From the NCBI GenBank assembly GCA_964016885.1, contig OZ024747.1, positions 75,702,001 to 75,766,000 on the forward strand: DNA of 64,000 nt, in the 5' to 3' direction. How positions within the stretch are numbered: position 1 is the stretch's first letter; each line of letters opens with the position of its first letter. Source of the DNA: Eledone cirrhosa. Taxonomy: Eukaryota. A program made the position numbers and the translations under genes. The notes beneath the pieces are model-generated. The model saw nothing but the letters and a program-made list of their open reading frames with translations, was not told where the DNA came from and made no database searches. Below, one piece after another: positions 41,110 to 53,931 of the stretch.

Positions 41110-41960
41110 ATAAGAAACCACCAGGTAAAGATCGATTGTAAGCTACCGGTATAAAAGAAAACGATTAGCAAAAATAGAAAAACAAAGCAAAAAAAAAAAA
41201 GCCATCGTACATTGGCAATATCTCATTAATAACAAATCAGTGGAGAAAACAATATATCAAGCTGGTTTCCATTGAGAGTAACAATTATGATAACAAAAAC
41301 ATATGATGAAGAAAATGAAGCCGCATGACAGTATCTAATATATACAGCCTGTCTGAACCTGTTCCTTTAGGACCACTGTGCTGGGTAACACGATAATTAT
41401 TAGCCGGACATTCACCAAGGAGAAGAAGGCTATGGAATGGTGAGGTACTGAGCAACTAGAAATTAAGCAAACTGTTAGAAGATATATGACGACAAAGATG
41501 GAAACAGTCAGGATGGATTATAAGAAGCTATTCGATTCTCTTTCTCATTCCCGAATGCTAAAAAGACTTGTGAAAATTTCATACACTGTAATCAAAGCCA
41601 TAGACAACATGGATTTATCTTGGTTAGCCATCCTAAATACTGAAAGTGATCACACTGTCTCTAAGATGGATTATTGTAGGAGAACATTTCAAGGAGACAG
41701 TCTCACTGTAATGTTTAAACTGGCAGTGAATTAGTTTAAAAAGGATGTGTTAGTTTCACAAATCAACAGAAACACTAAACTTACATATAGCTTCTATTTA
41801 TTTATTCGTCTATTTATTTATTTACTTTCCAACCGAGGGACTGGGGCCATGCTGGGGCACCACCACCTAACTGGGGCACCTATGTAAATGACGTGTTATT
41901 ATATGCCAACTATATAATCGATATAAAAAAAAGATGTGACATGATTCCAATATGAAATAG
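41110..41960 (+). pseudogene. Decayed R4/Dong-like LINE reverse transcriptase remnant
   Basis: Ordered motif remnants KPPGKD, ACLN, TEQL, MDYKKLFDSLSHS, RRTFQGDSL and YVNDVLLYA, with stops and frameshifts. Confidence 0.7.
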
Positions 41961-42160
41961 AGAAATCTGCAGATACTATAGCTAGACTAAAACTTTAAAT
42001 TTATATGTGTGGTTTTAGCAACATTTGGGCATCTAATAAAGACACTGTATATCTTGTTTGTTTTTTGTTTCTTAACTGTAAGAAGTACTGGATAGTTCCC
42101 CTAGTCTGACATGGCTTTCTATATATATACGAACGTTTAAATGGATTAAATAAATAAATT

Positions 42161-43020
42161 AATAATTGTTTCTACTTTAGGCACAAGGCCAGCAATTACC
42201 CAGTGCATTACTGGTACTTTATTTTATCGACCCCGTAAGGATGAAAGGCAAAGTCAACCTCGGCGGGATTTGAACTCAGATCATAAAGGGACGTAACTAT
42301 GCTGGAAAGCATGGTGTCCGACCCTCTACTGATACTGCCAATCCACAAATTAATAATACTATGCTATATTATTAGGGTGATGGATTGGCAGTATCGGTAG
42401 GGGTCTGACACCATGCTTTGCAGCAAAAAGTTACGTCCCTTTATGGTCTGAGTTCAAATCCCACCGAGGGTATCTTTGCCTTTCATCCTTACGGGGTTGA
42501 TAAAATAAAGCACCAGTAATACATTGGGATATTTGCTGGTCTTGTGCCAACAGTAGAAACAATTATTAGTGAAGAGTATTGGATTGACTGGATCAGTGGA
42601 GCGGCGGGCAATGTGTCCGTTATGTTCCGAGTTCACATTGTGCTGAGATTAACTTTGCCTTTCATCCTTCCAGGGTCAGGAAAGGAAAGTACCAGTAAAG
42701 TATTGGGGTAGATTACTGAGACCTTACCCATTAACAAAAAAGAAAATTGCTGCCTATGTCCTATTTTAGGTACCATTGGCTTCAAAGAATAAAACATCTA
42801 TGGTAGATGTTTTAATTATTATTTTCCCAGTGGTGGATTGGCAGTATCGGTAGAGGGTCTGACGCCATGCTTTGCAGCAAAGAGTTACGACCCTTTATGG
42901 TCTGAGTTCAAATACCGCCGAGGTTAACTTTGCCTTTCATCCTTACGGGGTCGATAAAATAAAGTACCAGTATTACGCTGGGATAATTGCTGGCCTTGTG
43001 CCAAAAGTAGAAACAATTAT
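42161..43020. mobile_element. SINE cluster: minus 42161-42346, plus 42375-42568, old plus ~42590-42770, plus 42830-43020
   Basis: Four recognisable copies; the first two are head-to-head and ~30 bp apart. Confidence 0.85.
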
Positions 43021-45384
43021 ATTTTTAGAACAAAATTACTCTCCATTATTTTCGAAGTCCAAATATTACTGAATAGCAGACAAAGCTCATCTACAGCTTA
43101 ACTCTAATTCAGAAGTGCTTGGTGTGTTATATGCCCACCTAAAATGCTTATCTATTTATCCTTCTATACTATTTACCATTTGGTTACATCTCTCTGCTAT
43201 TGCTTTATCAAACATCAGTTAAGAATCTCAAACCTCTGACATTTTAAATGCTAGAGTCCCCCCACTACCACCACCACCACCGTCATTACCCCCCCCCCCA
43301 ACCTTCACACTTTCTTGCAATATATTCTTACAACTATTCGATTTCACTTAGACACAAGGGATTTAAGAAACTTGCATTTCATCTTTAATTTATGTCTCTC
43401 GTTATTTGGTTTTTATTCTTATCTCGGAGATTAAATATATTTAAGCATCGTTTTTCACTTCAATTTCAAGATTAACATTGTTCAAATAGAATGATATATG
43501 AGATACTTAATGAACATTTTTTTCTTTTAAAGTTATATGTAGTATTATTGTAAGTGCACGGCTTCCAGATCATTTATTATTTTTATATATTTTCTATCGT
43601 AATTGGTTAACAAGTGCCTAGTTCGTTACAGATTTCCAACTGGCCAGTAATTTATTTCATTAAATTTCTGGCGGTAACTGATAAAAAAGAGGAAACAAAT
43701 ATCACAAAACATAAAATATAATATAAATAAAGGTCGTTCGGTGAGCTAGATGGGGAAGGGGGTGGTGTTCTCACCATCTTACCATTGTTTACTTCCTTCG
43801 CCGACTTATATCTGAAGAACTCTCGATCCCTCCCTCTCTCTCTCTCTTCTTTCTCCCCCTCATTATCTCTCTCTCTCTCACACACACACACACAAACACA
43901 GATACGCACTATCACACACAAATGCACATACACGCACATACATATCCTGATTTAGAAAAAAGAGTAAGACAGACAGACAGTTAGATAAAAGATACAGAAC
44001 TGTTTCATATGATACATCTTAACCCATTCAAAAAATGTAATTAGTCAGAGATATGGCAACGTTTCATGTGAAAAATGGTCCGGGAATTGAAGAATCTTGA
44101 ATATGCAATACGAAGCTTCTACAATGTCGATTTACCTGTTAGAAATAGAAACCAAGTCTCTGCGAAATCACACTCTGTCGTAAATAATAGACGTGAAGTG
44201 AACGTCTTAAGCATGCAGCTGTCCTTGCTCGATCAAGTTTGACCTGGGGCTAAACAACTTTAATAACAACCATAATAAGAACATCATCAATGACGAATTT
44301 CAACGATGTTAAAAGAAATACTAACATAGAACAATAATGAAGCCCTTAATTCAAAGGAAAGAGAAGAAAAATCATTAATATTTCGCTCAGCTTTACTATG
44401 CCCGATTGGTAATTGAAAATGTCACTTTGTAATGAAATTTAAACAAAAAAACCAACAAAAATCAATATGAAAACCTTTATATCGTGTGTTGAGTAAAACA
44501 TAGTTTGGCTGAGTTATGGCATTACAATCAGCCAATTAACTTTTGACAAGCTTGGCGGCCAACCATTTATGGTTTTTATAGTTTGATGAGGGTAGCTTTT
44601 ATAAAATTTTAATATGCAAGTTTCCATTATTTCTAGCGAAGGCTTTCATACAGACAATAAGCTCCGTCTTTTGCTAGGTGCATGAAGATTGTTTGGCGTT
44701 TTGCCAGACGAAATTTTCTCATTTACATATTCAATAATGTTTACTTTAAGATGTTTAGAATTGTTGCATAAAATGTTATGTATTGTATGAAATAATCATA
44801 GGAGAAGCTGCTCATCTCGGCAACTCACCAGTTACCTTTATGTATTCCTTCTTTCTACTAATAATTGTACTAATAATAAAATACAATAAAAACAAGAGCA
44901 TCAAAAACAGCAGCACCAAAGCAGAAACAACAGCAACAACCAAGCGAAAATAATAATTATGTCTTTAGGGGCCTCATGAAATAATAAGAATGTGCTGATA
45001 ATATAACGCATCCTTCACATATCAACAACGCACAGAAATAGTTATTACAGTGTTGAGTATCAATTATATAATACTATGTGCAGTGTGCTAAGAATGTTTT
45101 GCGCTATTGAGTTAAAAGTGTCTTGTTTAAGCTGTGCTGTTGAGTTAAAAATCTCTTGCGTAGGATGTAAGTTTTGCCTAATGTACAGACATTATATAAT
45201 GTATAGACATTTAGAGTAAGTGTCAGGTTGTGGGCCAGGATACGGCTTTTATTGTTTTTGGTTTATTTTATCATACTTTATGCTCCAAATATCATTAGCA
45301 CTGTTTTCCATTTCATATCACACAACGTACTTATGTCAACTTTAAATACTTGAACTTGGACAGATTTTTCACCTCCTTCCTGTC

Positions 45385-45580
45385 AGTGTTTTGGTCAACA
45401 GGGAGAGATTTGTCTACAGACGAATCTCTCCCTTTACATTCTGAGTTCAAATCCCGCCAATGTTAGCTTTGCCTTTCATGATTACTGGCTCAATAATATA
45501 AAGTACCAGTAATGCACTGGGGTCGAGTTAATCACGCCACTCTAAAATTGTTGGCCTTGTGCCTAAATCAAATACCATTA
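45385..45580 (+). mobile_element. Older Meta-core SINE
   Basis: GAGTTCAAATCCCGCC..GCCTTTCAT..AAGTACCAG. Confidence 0.7.
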
Positions 45581-46569
45581 AAAAGAATCCGAAACCATGA
45601 TAATGGTTCACTTCAAGATTGTTATGTTGCAGTTGTATCTTTCAACTGAGATGGCTAGTATCTTTCTATCATCTCATTCTTTAGTATTGACTTCAGTTAT
45701 GAATATTGGTTCGACATTTCTCTAGTACATTTTATTTATATATATCTTTTTGATCGTTCATATTTTATCAATTTCATCTTGTGTTAAGTATTTGTACGAG
45801 TGGCCCCAGTCTAATTCTAGGCTTCAGTATCTCTATCGAAATCAATGTACTCAGATGAGTTGCATGCCGATAGTGATGGGCCATGCTTATAATGAATGAA
45901 CTTATATACGTTTTCTTCTTCACTTCTGAGCCATTGTGAATTTTTATTATATTAAATATTTTTGTTCCATATTCTTTCGCAGCATGCTAGAATTTTCCTT
46001 CATAATAGAATGTTCTCTACTGTTATCTTTTTTTATTAATGTTCTTGCGAAATGTTGTGCTATTTGAATAGAATATGCTTTTACTGATATGAGTTATTTA
46101 AGCTATTTTTTTTACAATTTTCTTATTGATTTTTTTTAAATTTTGATTCTTTTTATTTGTCATCTTGAATCTCTCCTTTTCGATTCCGCTAAGTAAGCAT
46201 AGTTTCCTTTTTTTTTTCAAAATTCTTGTAGTATAATCCTTTTCCATTATTTGGGAATGTGTTGAGGGTGAGGCGCTTCTTTATTAGGATTCCAGCTTGG
46301 TTCAAGCCTTGATACTACCACTGCTACTAAATAGATTAGATCGTTTAGTCTGTGGATATTCCGTTGATTTCCCTCCATAGACAGAATGTCCATTTTACAT
46401 GCAGTTTCTTTCGTGCAGTTTCTTGTTCATGTTTAGATTCGTTCGTGGTTCGATTTCGTTATGTTGCTGTTGCTGTTTCTATTGTTATTGTTATTGCTAT
46501 TTTGTTGTTGTTTATGTGGTGGTTGATGTTCTCCTCTCCCTCCTCCCACTCCTCATCCTCCCCTTCTTC

Positions 46570-46660
46570 TCTTTCTTCTTCTTCTTCTTCTTCTTCTTTT
46601 TCTTCTTCTTCTTCTTCTTCTTCTTCTTCTTCTTCTTCTTCTTCTTCTTCTTCTTCTTCT
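46570..46660. repeat. (TTC)n microsatellite
   Basis: Direct reading. Confidence 0.95.
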
Positions 46661-47038
46661 TTCTTTCGTTCGTTCCTTCATTCTTTCTCTCTAATATCTG
46701 CCATCACCTTTTCGCCGCTCTTACCTCACAACCATCTGTAGTTATGTTGTATTTTTATTCTCTGTGTCATTAAATAAGGAGTAACAATGTAGTAACTGGT
46801 TTATGTATAATTACTTGAATTCTTCTATATTGACTTCCATGTTCTTCATCAGCAGATTTTAGTTCTTTATTATATTCTTCTTTTGATTTACTCTAATGAA
46901 TTCTTATGATATATACCCTAACATCTTCATTGTGTTTGTAGGATTAATGTGTTGTATGTGTAGTCGTTCTTTGTTGTATGATTTCAGACTTTCGTCGAGT
47001 CTCTTATAATAGGATTCTGTTTTCATAGAACGTTTATA

Positions 47039-47218
47039 CAATTGTTTCTACTTTTGGCACAAGGCCAGCAATTACCCTAGTGGTACTTTATTTTATCGAC
47101 CCCGTAAGGATGAAAGGCAAAGTTAACCTCGGCAGGATTTGAACTGAGACCGTAAAGGGCCGTAACTCTATGCCGCAAATAATAGCGTCCGACTCTCTAC
47201 CGATACTGCCAATCCACC
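47039..47218 (-). mobile_element. Meta-core SINE
   Basis: Reverse complement of the consensus. Confidence 0.85.
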
Positions 47219-47829
47219 AGAATACTTATATAATATATAATCCTTTGTATTTATTTCTTGATAGATTTTATTCTTTCCATGATTTAACTTCTATTATAAG
47301 GGGAGGGGGGATCGGGTGAAAAGCTCGTTGTCTGAAAAGACCATAGGTTGACAAGATACTTTCATGGATTGTCCAAATGGGAAGAAGCAAAGCAGTTATT
47401 GTTAATAAGAGTTAAAATTAATACCTGTAAGATTTCACAACACTAGTATCACACCTTCATAGTCAACCTATCCTTGTATATTCCTTCATTTGTAACTGTG
47501 TTTCCATGGGTATTTCTCTCACTTCATTCCCCTCCCCACATTCATATGGTGCTATCATAATACTTGTCCTTGTTATATAAAGTGTTGATGTGTAATATTA
47601 TTCTAATGTAGTTTCCATTGGTCAAACGTTATATTTAATTTGTCTTCATTTAAGACACGAGCAGTAAAGGTCTAGTCTTTAAACATTTGAGAAGGCACCA
47701 TCTCTGAACCAGGGTAGCTTTTCCTGTCATTTATGGGATCGATTATATACAGTAACGCATTGGAGTCGATTTAATCGATTTTCCCCTTCCCCCAAATTGT
47801 TGAACTACATCAGAAACTATTATTATAGT

Positions 47830-48000
47830 TACATCTCTTTACGTTCTGAGTTCAAATCCCGTCGAGGTTAGCTTTGTCTTTCATCCTTATATGGTCGATA
47901 AAATAAAGTACCAGTCATGCACTGGGGTCGATTTAATCGAATTTTACCTCCCCATAATTGCTGCCCTTGTGCCTAAATTAGAAACCATTATTATTATTAT
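47830..48000 (+). mobile_element. Meta-core SINE, 5' truncated
   Basis: B box, core, (ATT)n. Confidence 0.8.
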
Positions 48001-48969
48001 CATCATATACCGTATTAGTGAAATTTTACAAAAAGGCTTCCCAACTCAATTCAATCAGAAGGCCATATTAGGATTCCTTCTTAGAGTTTCTCGATTGTGT
48101 TTAACACTGTAATCTTCGTCGTAATAAGAAATTCGTAAATATAGTTCAGTAGAAAAAAAAGTAACAACTAGATGTCAGAGCGATCTGTGATGAATCGAAT
48201 TCTGTGTATGTATTTGAGTACATATATTTATATATGTGTATAGTGGTTTGGTTGTATATAGATTTATATGTGTATATATAGATTTAAATGTGTGTATATC
48301 GGTGTAGGTGCGTATGTAGATTTATATGTGTAAGTGTATGTGTGTATATAGATTTATATGTGTGTATATAGTTGAATGTTTGTATATAAATGCTTGTGTG
48401 TATATAGATGTATATGTGTGTATATCGGTGGATTGTATGTGTGTATATAGATAGATATGTGTTTATATCGGTGTATGTGTGTGTATATCGGTGTATATGT
48501 GTATATCGGTGTATGTGTGTGTATATAGATGTGTATGTGTATATAGGTGTGTATGTATGTGTGTATGAGGCGGGGATGTGAAAACGATAGTGAAAGTAAT
48601 AGATTAAACGTAGATGTTAGTAAATGAGTAAGAAAACTGTAAAACAATAGCAAAGATAAAACTGAAGAAAATTACAAAAGAAAGACGATGTTGAATGACG
48701 GAGATGAAGGCAGAAAATAAATAAATATATCAATAAATAAAAATATAAATAAATAAATAATGAATAAATAAATGAATAAATAAATAAATGAATAAATGAA
48801 TAGAGAAATAAGTGTATAAATAAATATATAATTTAATAAAACAAGAATGTAAAACAATGAAAATTATAAGGTAGGACAGAAGAATGGTAGGATTAAATGA
48901 AAAACTGGAAAAAAATTATAGAAGAGATTTAGATACATTAACAGAGCGAGAAACAGAACAGATAAGCAA

Positions 48970-49032
<63 letters not shown>

Positions 49033-49085
49033 CATATATATGTATATAAATAAATAAATGTCCATATATAAAATATGTATATATA

Positions 49086-49183
<98 letters not shown>

Positions 49184-49465
49184 CATATAGTGAGAGAGGG
49201 GGGGGGAGAGAAAGAGTAGGAGGGAAGGAAATGACTGCAAGACAAAAATGAATAAAAAGGGATAGAAGAGGAAAAATAGGGAAGGAAAAGAGAATGTGAT
49301 GAAAAAGAATGAAATAAAATGTGAAAGAAATAGAATAAAGTAATAAAAGTTATAAGAAGGGAATTGGAGGAAAGAGAGAAATATAGAGAGATAGGTGGAT
49401 GAGTGGTGGGAGGTAGGGGGGGAGTGGGGGGAGGAACGGGATGCAAGAAAGAATTATAGTAAATA

Positions 49466-49500
<35 letters not shown>

Positions 49501-49504
49501 TGTA

Positions 49505-49561
<57 letters not shown>

Positions 49562-49628
49562 ATACACACACATATATATATATATAGATACATATATATA
49601 TATATATAATACATATAGATCTATATAA

Positions 49629-49691
<63 letters not shown>

Positions 49692-49695
49692 TATG

Positions 49696-49773
<78 letters not shown>

Positions 49774-49910
49774 TGTGTGTGTACGTACACATGCATAGTT
49801 GCAAATGATTAGATACATATGTAGGTTGATAAGTCGATATGTATTTAGGTAGGTAAGTAGGTTGATAGATAGGTCCATGTACTGATCTAGAGGCATACAG
49901 AGATCGATAT

Positions 49911-49952
<42 letters not shown>

Positions 49953-50111
49953 CTACATACATGCATACATATATATTTGTACATATATACATACTTATGA
50001 ACATACATACATAGGCAAAAGGCTAAACTGGAAGATATAGGAAAAATGTCTACACTATACTAAAAGAGATAAGAGTAGATACGCCATTCTTACCGCTTTA
50101 TACTACGACAC

Positions 50112-50156
<45 letters not shown>

Positions 50157-50157
<1 letters not shown>

Positions 50158-50438
50158 GATATATTAACAAATGGAAACTATATTTATAAAACCATATTTA
50201 TTTCATTATACATATTTCAAGGACACCAAGTTAAATTATGGTGTGCTTTCATCAGATAAAATATAATATAGAGCAGTTTTATAAATAAATATTGACATAC
50301 CCTTAAAGAATGCGACCATTTCTGTTGGAACACACATTTGTTAATATATCGTATTTTTACTCCAATAATTTGTTGAGTGCTTTATATCAGTTATAAAAAT
50401 ATTTGCTTGTTGTATCCCAACAATTTAAATAGAACTTC

Positions 50439-50441
<3 letters not shown>
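50157..50441. mobile_element. Family B element: minus arm with HHR (50199-50263) plus + strand tail
   Basis: Nearly identical to 25001-25360; (TA)n flanks. Confidence 0.8.
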
Positions 50442-50473
<32 letters not shown>

Positions 50474-50475
<2 letters not shown>

Positions 50476-50659
50476 CAAAGGAATTGTGGTAAGGAACCAG
50501 ATGGACCATAACGCACCAGAGTACTCAATACTTACAGTAGTAGAGTGGGAAATAGGAAAAAGTATGACCCCGATGGCAGAGCTCAAGCCGTTTCGACGGC
50601 TATTTCTGGACAGGAATAGACGTCGAAACGGCTTGAGCTCTGCCGTCGGGGTCATACTT

Positions 50660-50664
<5 letters not shown>
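50474..50664. mobile_element. Family A fold-back element between two family B pieces
   Basis: Same family; (TA)n flanks. Confidence 0.8.
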
Positions 50665-50693
<29 letters not shown>

Positions 50694-50719
50694 CTATACA
50701 TATATATGACTATATGACT

Positions 50720-50905
50720 ATCCAGGAGCTTCCAACAGAAATGGTCGCATTCTTTAAGGGTATGTCAATATTTATTTATAAAACTGATCTATATTATATT
50801 TTATCTGATGAAAGCGCACCATAATTTAACTTGGTGTCCTTGAAATATGTATAATGAAATAAATATGGTTTTATAAATATAGTTTCCATTTGTTAATATA
50901 TCGTA
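50720..50905 (+). mobile_element. Family B copy with complete HHR (50797-50861)
   Basis: TATTTTAT-CTGATGA-AAGCGCACCA..TGGTGTCCTT-GAAAT-ATGT-ATA-ATGAAATA. Confidence 0.85.
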
Positions 50906-51349
50906 CATATATATATATGGGAGGTTATGTTGACTTGAACTTCATATTAACGGTTATACGTGGCACAGTTTTAATGGTAGTCTACCACTTACTTTACAGC
51001 TGTACGTATTTACACGCAAATCGATTTCAAGTATCTATATGTGCAACGACACAGATTTAGTATATCAGTCGCAGTAATAGGAAATTTAACGGTGATGTGA
51101 GCGTAAAGGGAACAAGGAAAGAAATAAGTAACAGACGCGTGTTATTGTTGATGTTACAGTTTTACCATATATACCTAATATCACTCTACTGGAGCCGTGA
51201 AGGATTTGAAACTTTAAGGCAGGAGTTTTCTGAACTAAGTGTAAAAAACAAATAAAGAAATACGAAAAATGTTGTACAAAACTGGGGCATATTTTCAGTA
51301 TAACGGAAAATGAATTTCTACATGCACACACATGTATACACATACCCCC

Positions 51350-51397
<48 letters not shown>

Positions 51398-52046
51398 ATA
51401 GAGAAATTAATGTGACCAAGAAGCCAACAGTATTTCATAATATGTAAGTGACTATAACGTCAGGATAGAAAATATTTAACGTAAGATATGGGATAATAAT
51501 TCAAACTCAATTAAAAAAAAAAATGAATTTCTACATGCACACACATGTATACACATACCCCCATGTATATATATATATATATATATTATACATGGTATGT
51601 GTATGGGGTATGTGTATACATGTGTGTGCATGTAGAAATTCATTTTCCGTTATACTGAAAAAAAAAAAAAATATATATATATATTTTTTTTTTAAAACTT
51701 GACATAACTATTATCATATTATATTCTCTCAACTAATCACACTTGATCATATTTCTCTATCCCGTTTTCTCCCCCCATAATTATTATATTTTTATTATTA
51801 TTTGAAAAAATCGGTTTTTTTACATTGTGTTTTCCCCTCAAAATATTCGCTTATATTTCTTTATATATTCTCTATATATTTTTTTATCTTTATTATATTT
51901 TTTATCTTTTTTATCTTTATTATTTCCACTTTTATCCTCCTTTATATTTTACCTTATTCTTACTTTTATACCTTATTATAGTGTAATCTTCCCCATGCCT
52001 CATTATACACTATTATTTATAGATTATTATTATTACTCTTTTTATA

Positions 52047-52240
52047 GGGCGGTGGATTGGCAGTATCGGTAGAGGGTCGGACGCCATGCTTTCCAGCATA
52101 GTTACGTCCCTTTACGATCTGAGTTCAAATCCCGCCGAGGTTGACTTTGCCTTTCATCCTTACGGGGTCGATAAAATAAAGTACCAGTAATGCACTGGGT
52201 AATTGCTGGCCTTGTGCCTAAAGTAGAAACAATTATTATT
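52047..52240 (+). mobile_element. Full-length tRNA-derived SINE with Meta-type core
   Basis: A box TGGCAGTATCGG, B box GAGTTCAAATCC, core GCCTTTCATCCTTACGGGGTCGATAAAATAAAGTACC, (ATT)n tail, TSD-like ATTATTACTCTTTT on both sides. Confidence 0.9.
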
Positions 52241-52555
52241 ACTCTTTTTCCATTTCTAATTACCTCATGTACTTTCTCCTCCGCTATATATATATATATA
52301 TTGTACGCCCTTTGTGTTTGTGTAGCCTCTGCGCACCCTCTGCACCATACTATCGACGCCACCCCATCTATGGTTCAGCTAACCACCCGACTCCCGGGAA
52401 TGAATATGACCGCAGCTAGTAAACAAGGACCCACACCCCACCCTCCCGCACCAAAATTAGAGTTATCGTCCCCTACTTTTGCTCTTTACTCTCTTTACTC
52501 TCTGTTCTTGAAAATTTGGTTGGTAGAGTCCATAACACCAATCAAACCCCTTTTA

Positions 52556-52602
52556 TAGCTCTGACGAATCCTACGGTTACGTAAGGAAGAAACATTGTAA
52601 GC
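52556..52602 (+). ncRNA. Hammerhead ribozyme in an isolated pLTR-like fragment (~52290-52650)
   Basis: GCT-CTGACGA-ATCCTACG GTTA CGTAAGGAA-GAAAC-ATT-GTA-AGC; the fragment is bounded by (TA)n. Confidence 0.75.
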
Positions 52603-52643
52603 CAATAAAAAGCTTTTGATGTTGTAGACGCTCTTGTGTTCTT

Positions 52644-52687
<44 letters not shown>

Positions 52688-52767
52688 CTTACTGGTAATA
52701 AGGTAGTAATAAATTACTGACCTTCCCTGTTTATAGTTTAAAATATACATAACTATAAATAGTATCC

Positions 52768-52805
<38 letters not shown>

Positions 52806-52835
52806 AGATCAAAAGATGGTTAAAGGAGTTCCATG

Positions 52836-52906
52836 TATTTTATTATGCGCATTTCAAAAACAAACATCATCATGCAATAATATTTGTGTTTTCATCAGAT
52901 AAAACA
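52836..52906 (-). ncRNA. Hammerhead ribozyme in the inverted PLE arm
   Basis: Reverse complement of 59667-59737. Confidence 0.9.
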
Positions 52907-53931
52907 GGAGAACATGATATGAAGGCTAAAAAACACTTGTGGATAGTGCAGTTTTAAATCAACATATGAAAAGTGGTTTTAGATTGATGTGTGATATTGG
53001 GAAAAATATTTTATTTAGAGAGGGGAGGGGTGGAAAGGATGAAAAAGGGGAGGAGATGAGAGGGAGAGATGGGTGATAGAGAGAAAGAGATAGCTTTTAT
53101 AACTGAGAGGAGATATACTGTCCCACACAGAGAGGTTGAAAACCGTTGGAAGATAATGTATAAACCCAAAAAAAATTTTTGAAAATCAACGAAAGGAGGA
53201 TATGTGCGAGGAAAAAGTGTTTTATTTAGGGAGGGGGGGGGGTGGAAAGGATGAAAAAAAGGGGGAGGAGATGAGAGTGAAGGTGGAGAGGGAGAGATGG
53301 GCGATAGAGAGAAAGAGATAGTTTTTATAACTGAGAGAAAGATACATTGCCTTACACAGAGAGGTTGAGAAACCGTTGGAAGATAATGTATAAATTAAAG
53401 GAATTTGAAAATTAACGAAGGGAATTTATGTATGAAGATAGAGAGAAGAAATAATAATTGTGGATGAATATTCTAACGTCAAAAAAGGGTATGTTGTGGC
53501 AATTTCAAAATTAACGAAGAGAAAAATTATTAAGGTTTGTGTGTAGAAGGATTTGAGAAAAATAATGTGAAGTTAAAGTTTGTATATTGGAGGAATTGAT
53601 AATATATGCGAATAGAGTTAATATGTATTAAGAATGAGTTCGTTGATGGGGAGAAAAAAAGAATAAATTAAGGATGAAATTGAGATTAAAAAGATTTATG
53701 AGAGAGAGAAAAAAATAATGATTGCGGATGAATATTCTAACGTCAAAAAAAAACAGATGTATATGTTATGAATGATTTTACAAGGTGAAGATAGAATGAG
53801 GGTAATGAGTAAACAAGTATTATAGAGTGTATAAAGCCCTTTAAAGTATGGTAGGAAGATGGGTATATTTTAAAGAGGTGTATGTATATGTGCCTTTGAG
53901 AAAAGATTCTAAATTGATAAAGAATTGAATA

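Noticed and set aside
52047-52140. tRNA genes at the A/B box matches
   Set aside because: No cloverleaf; each is followed by a SINE core and tail.
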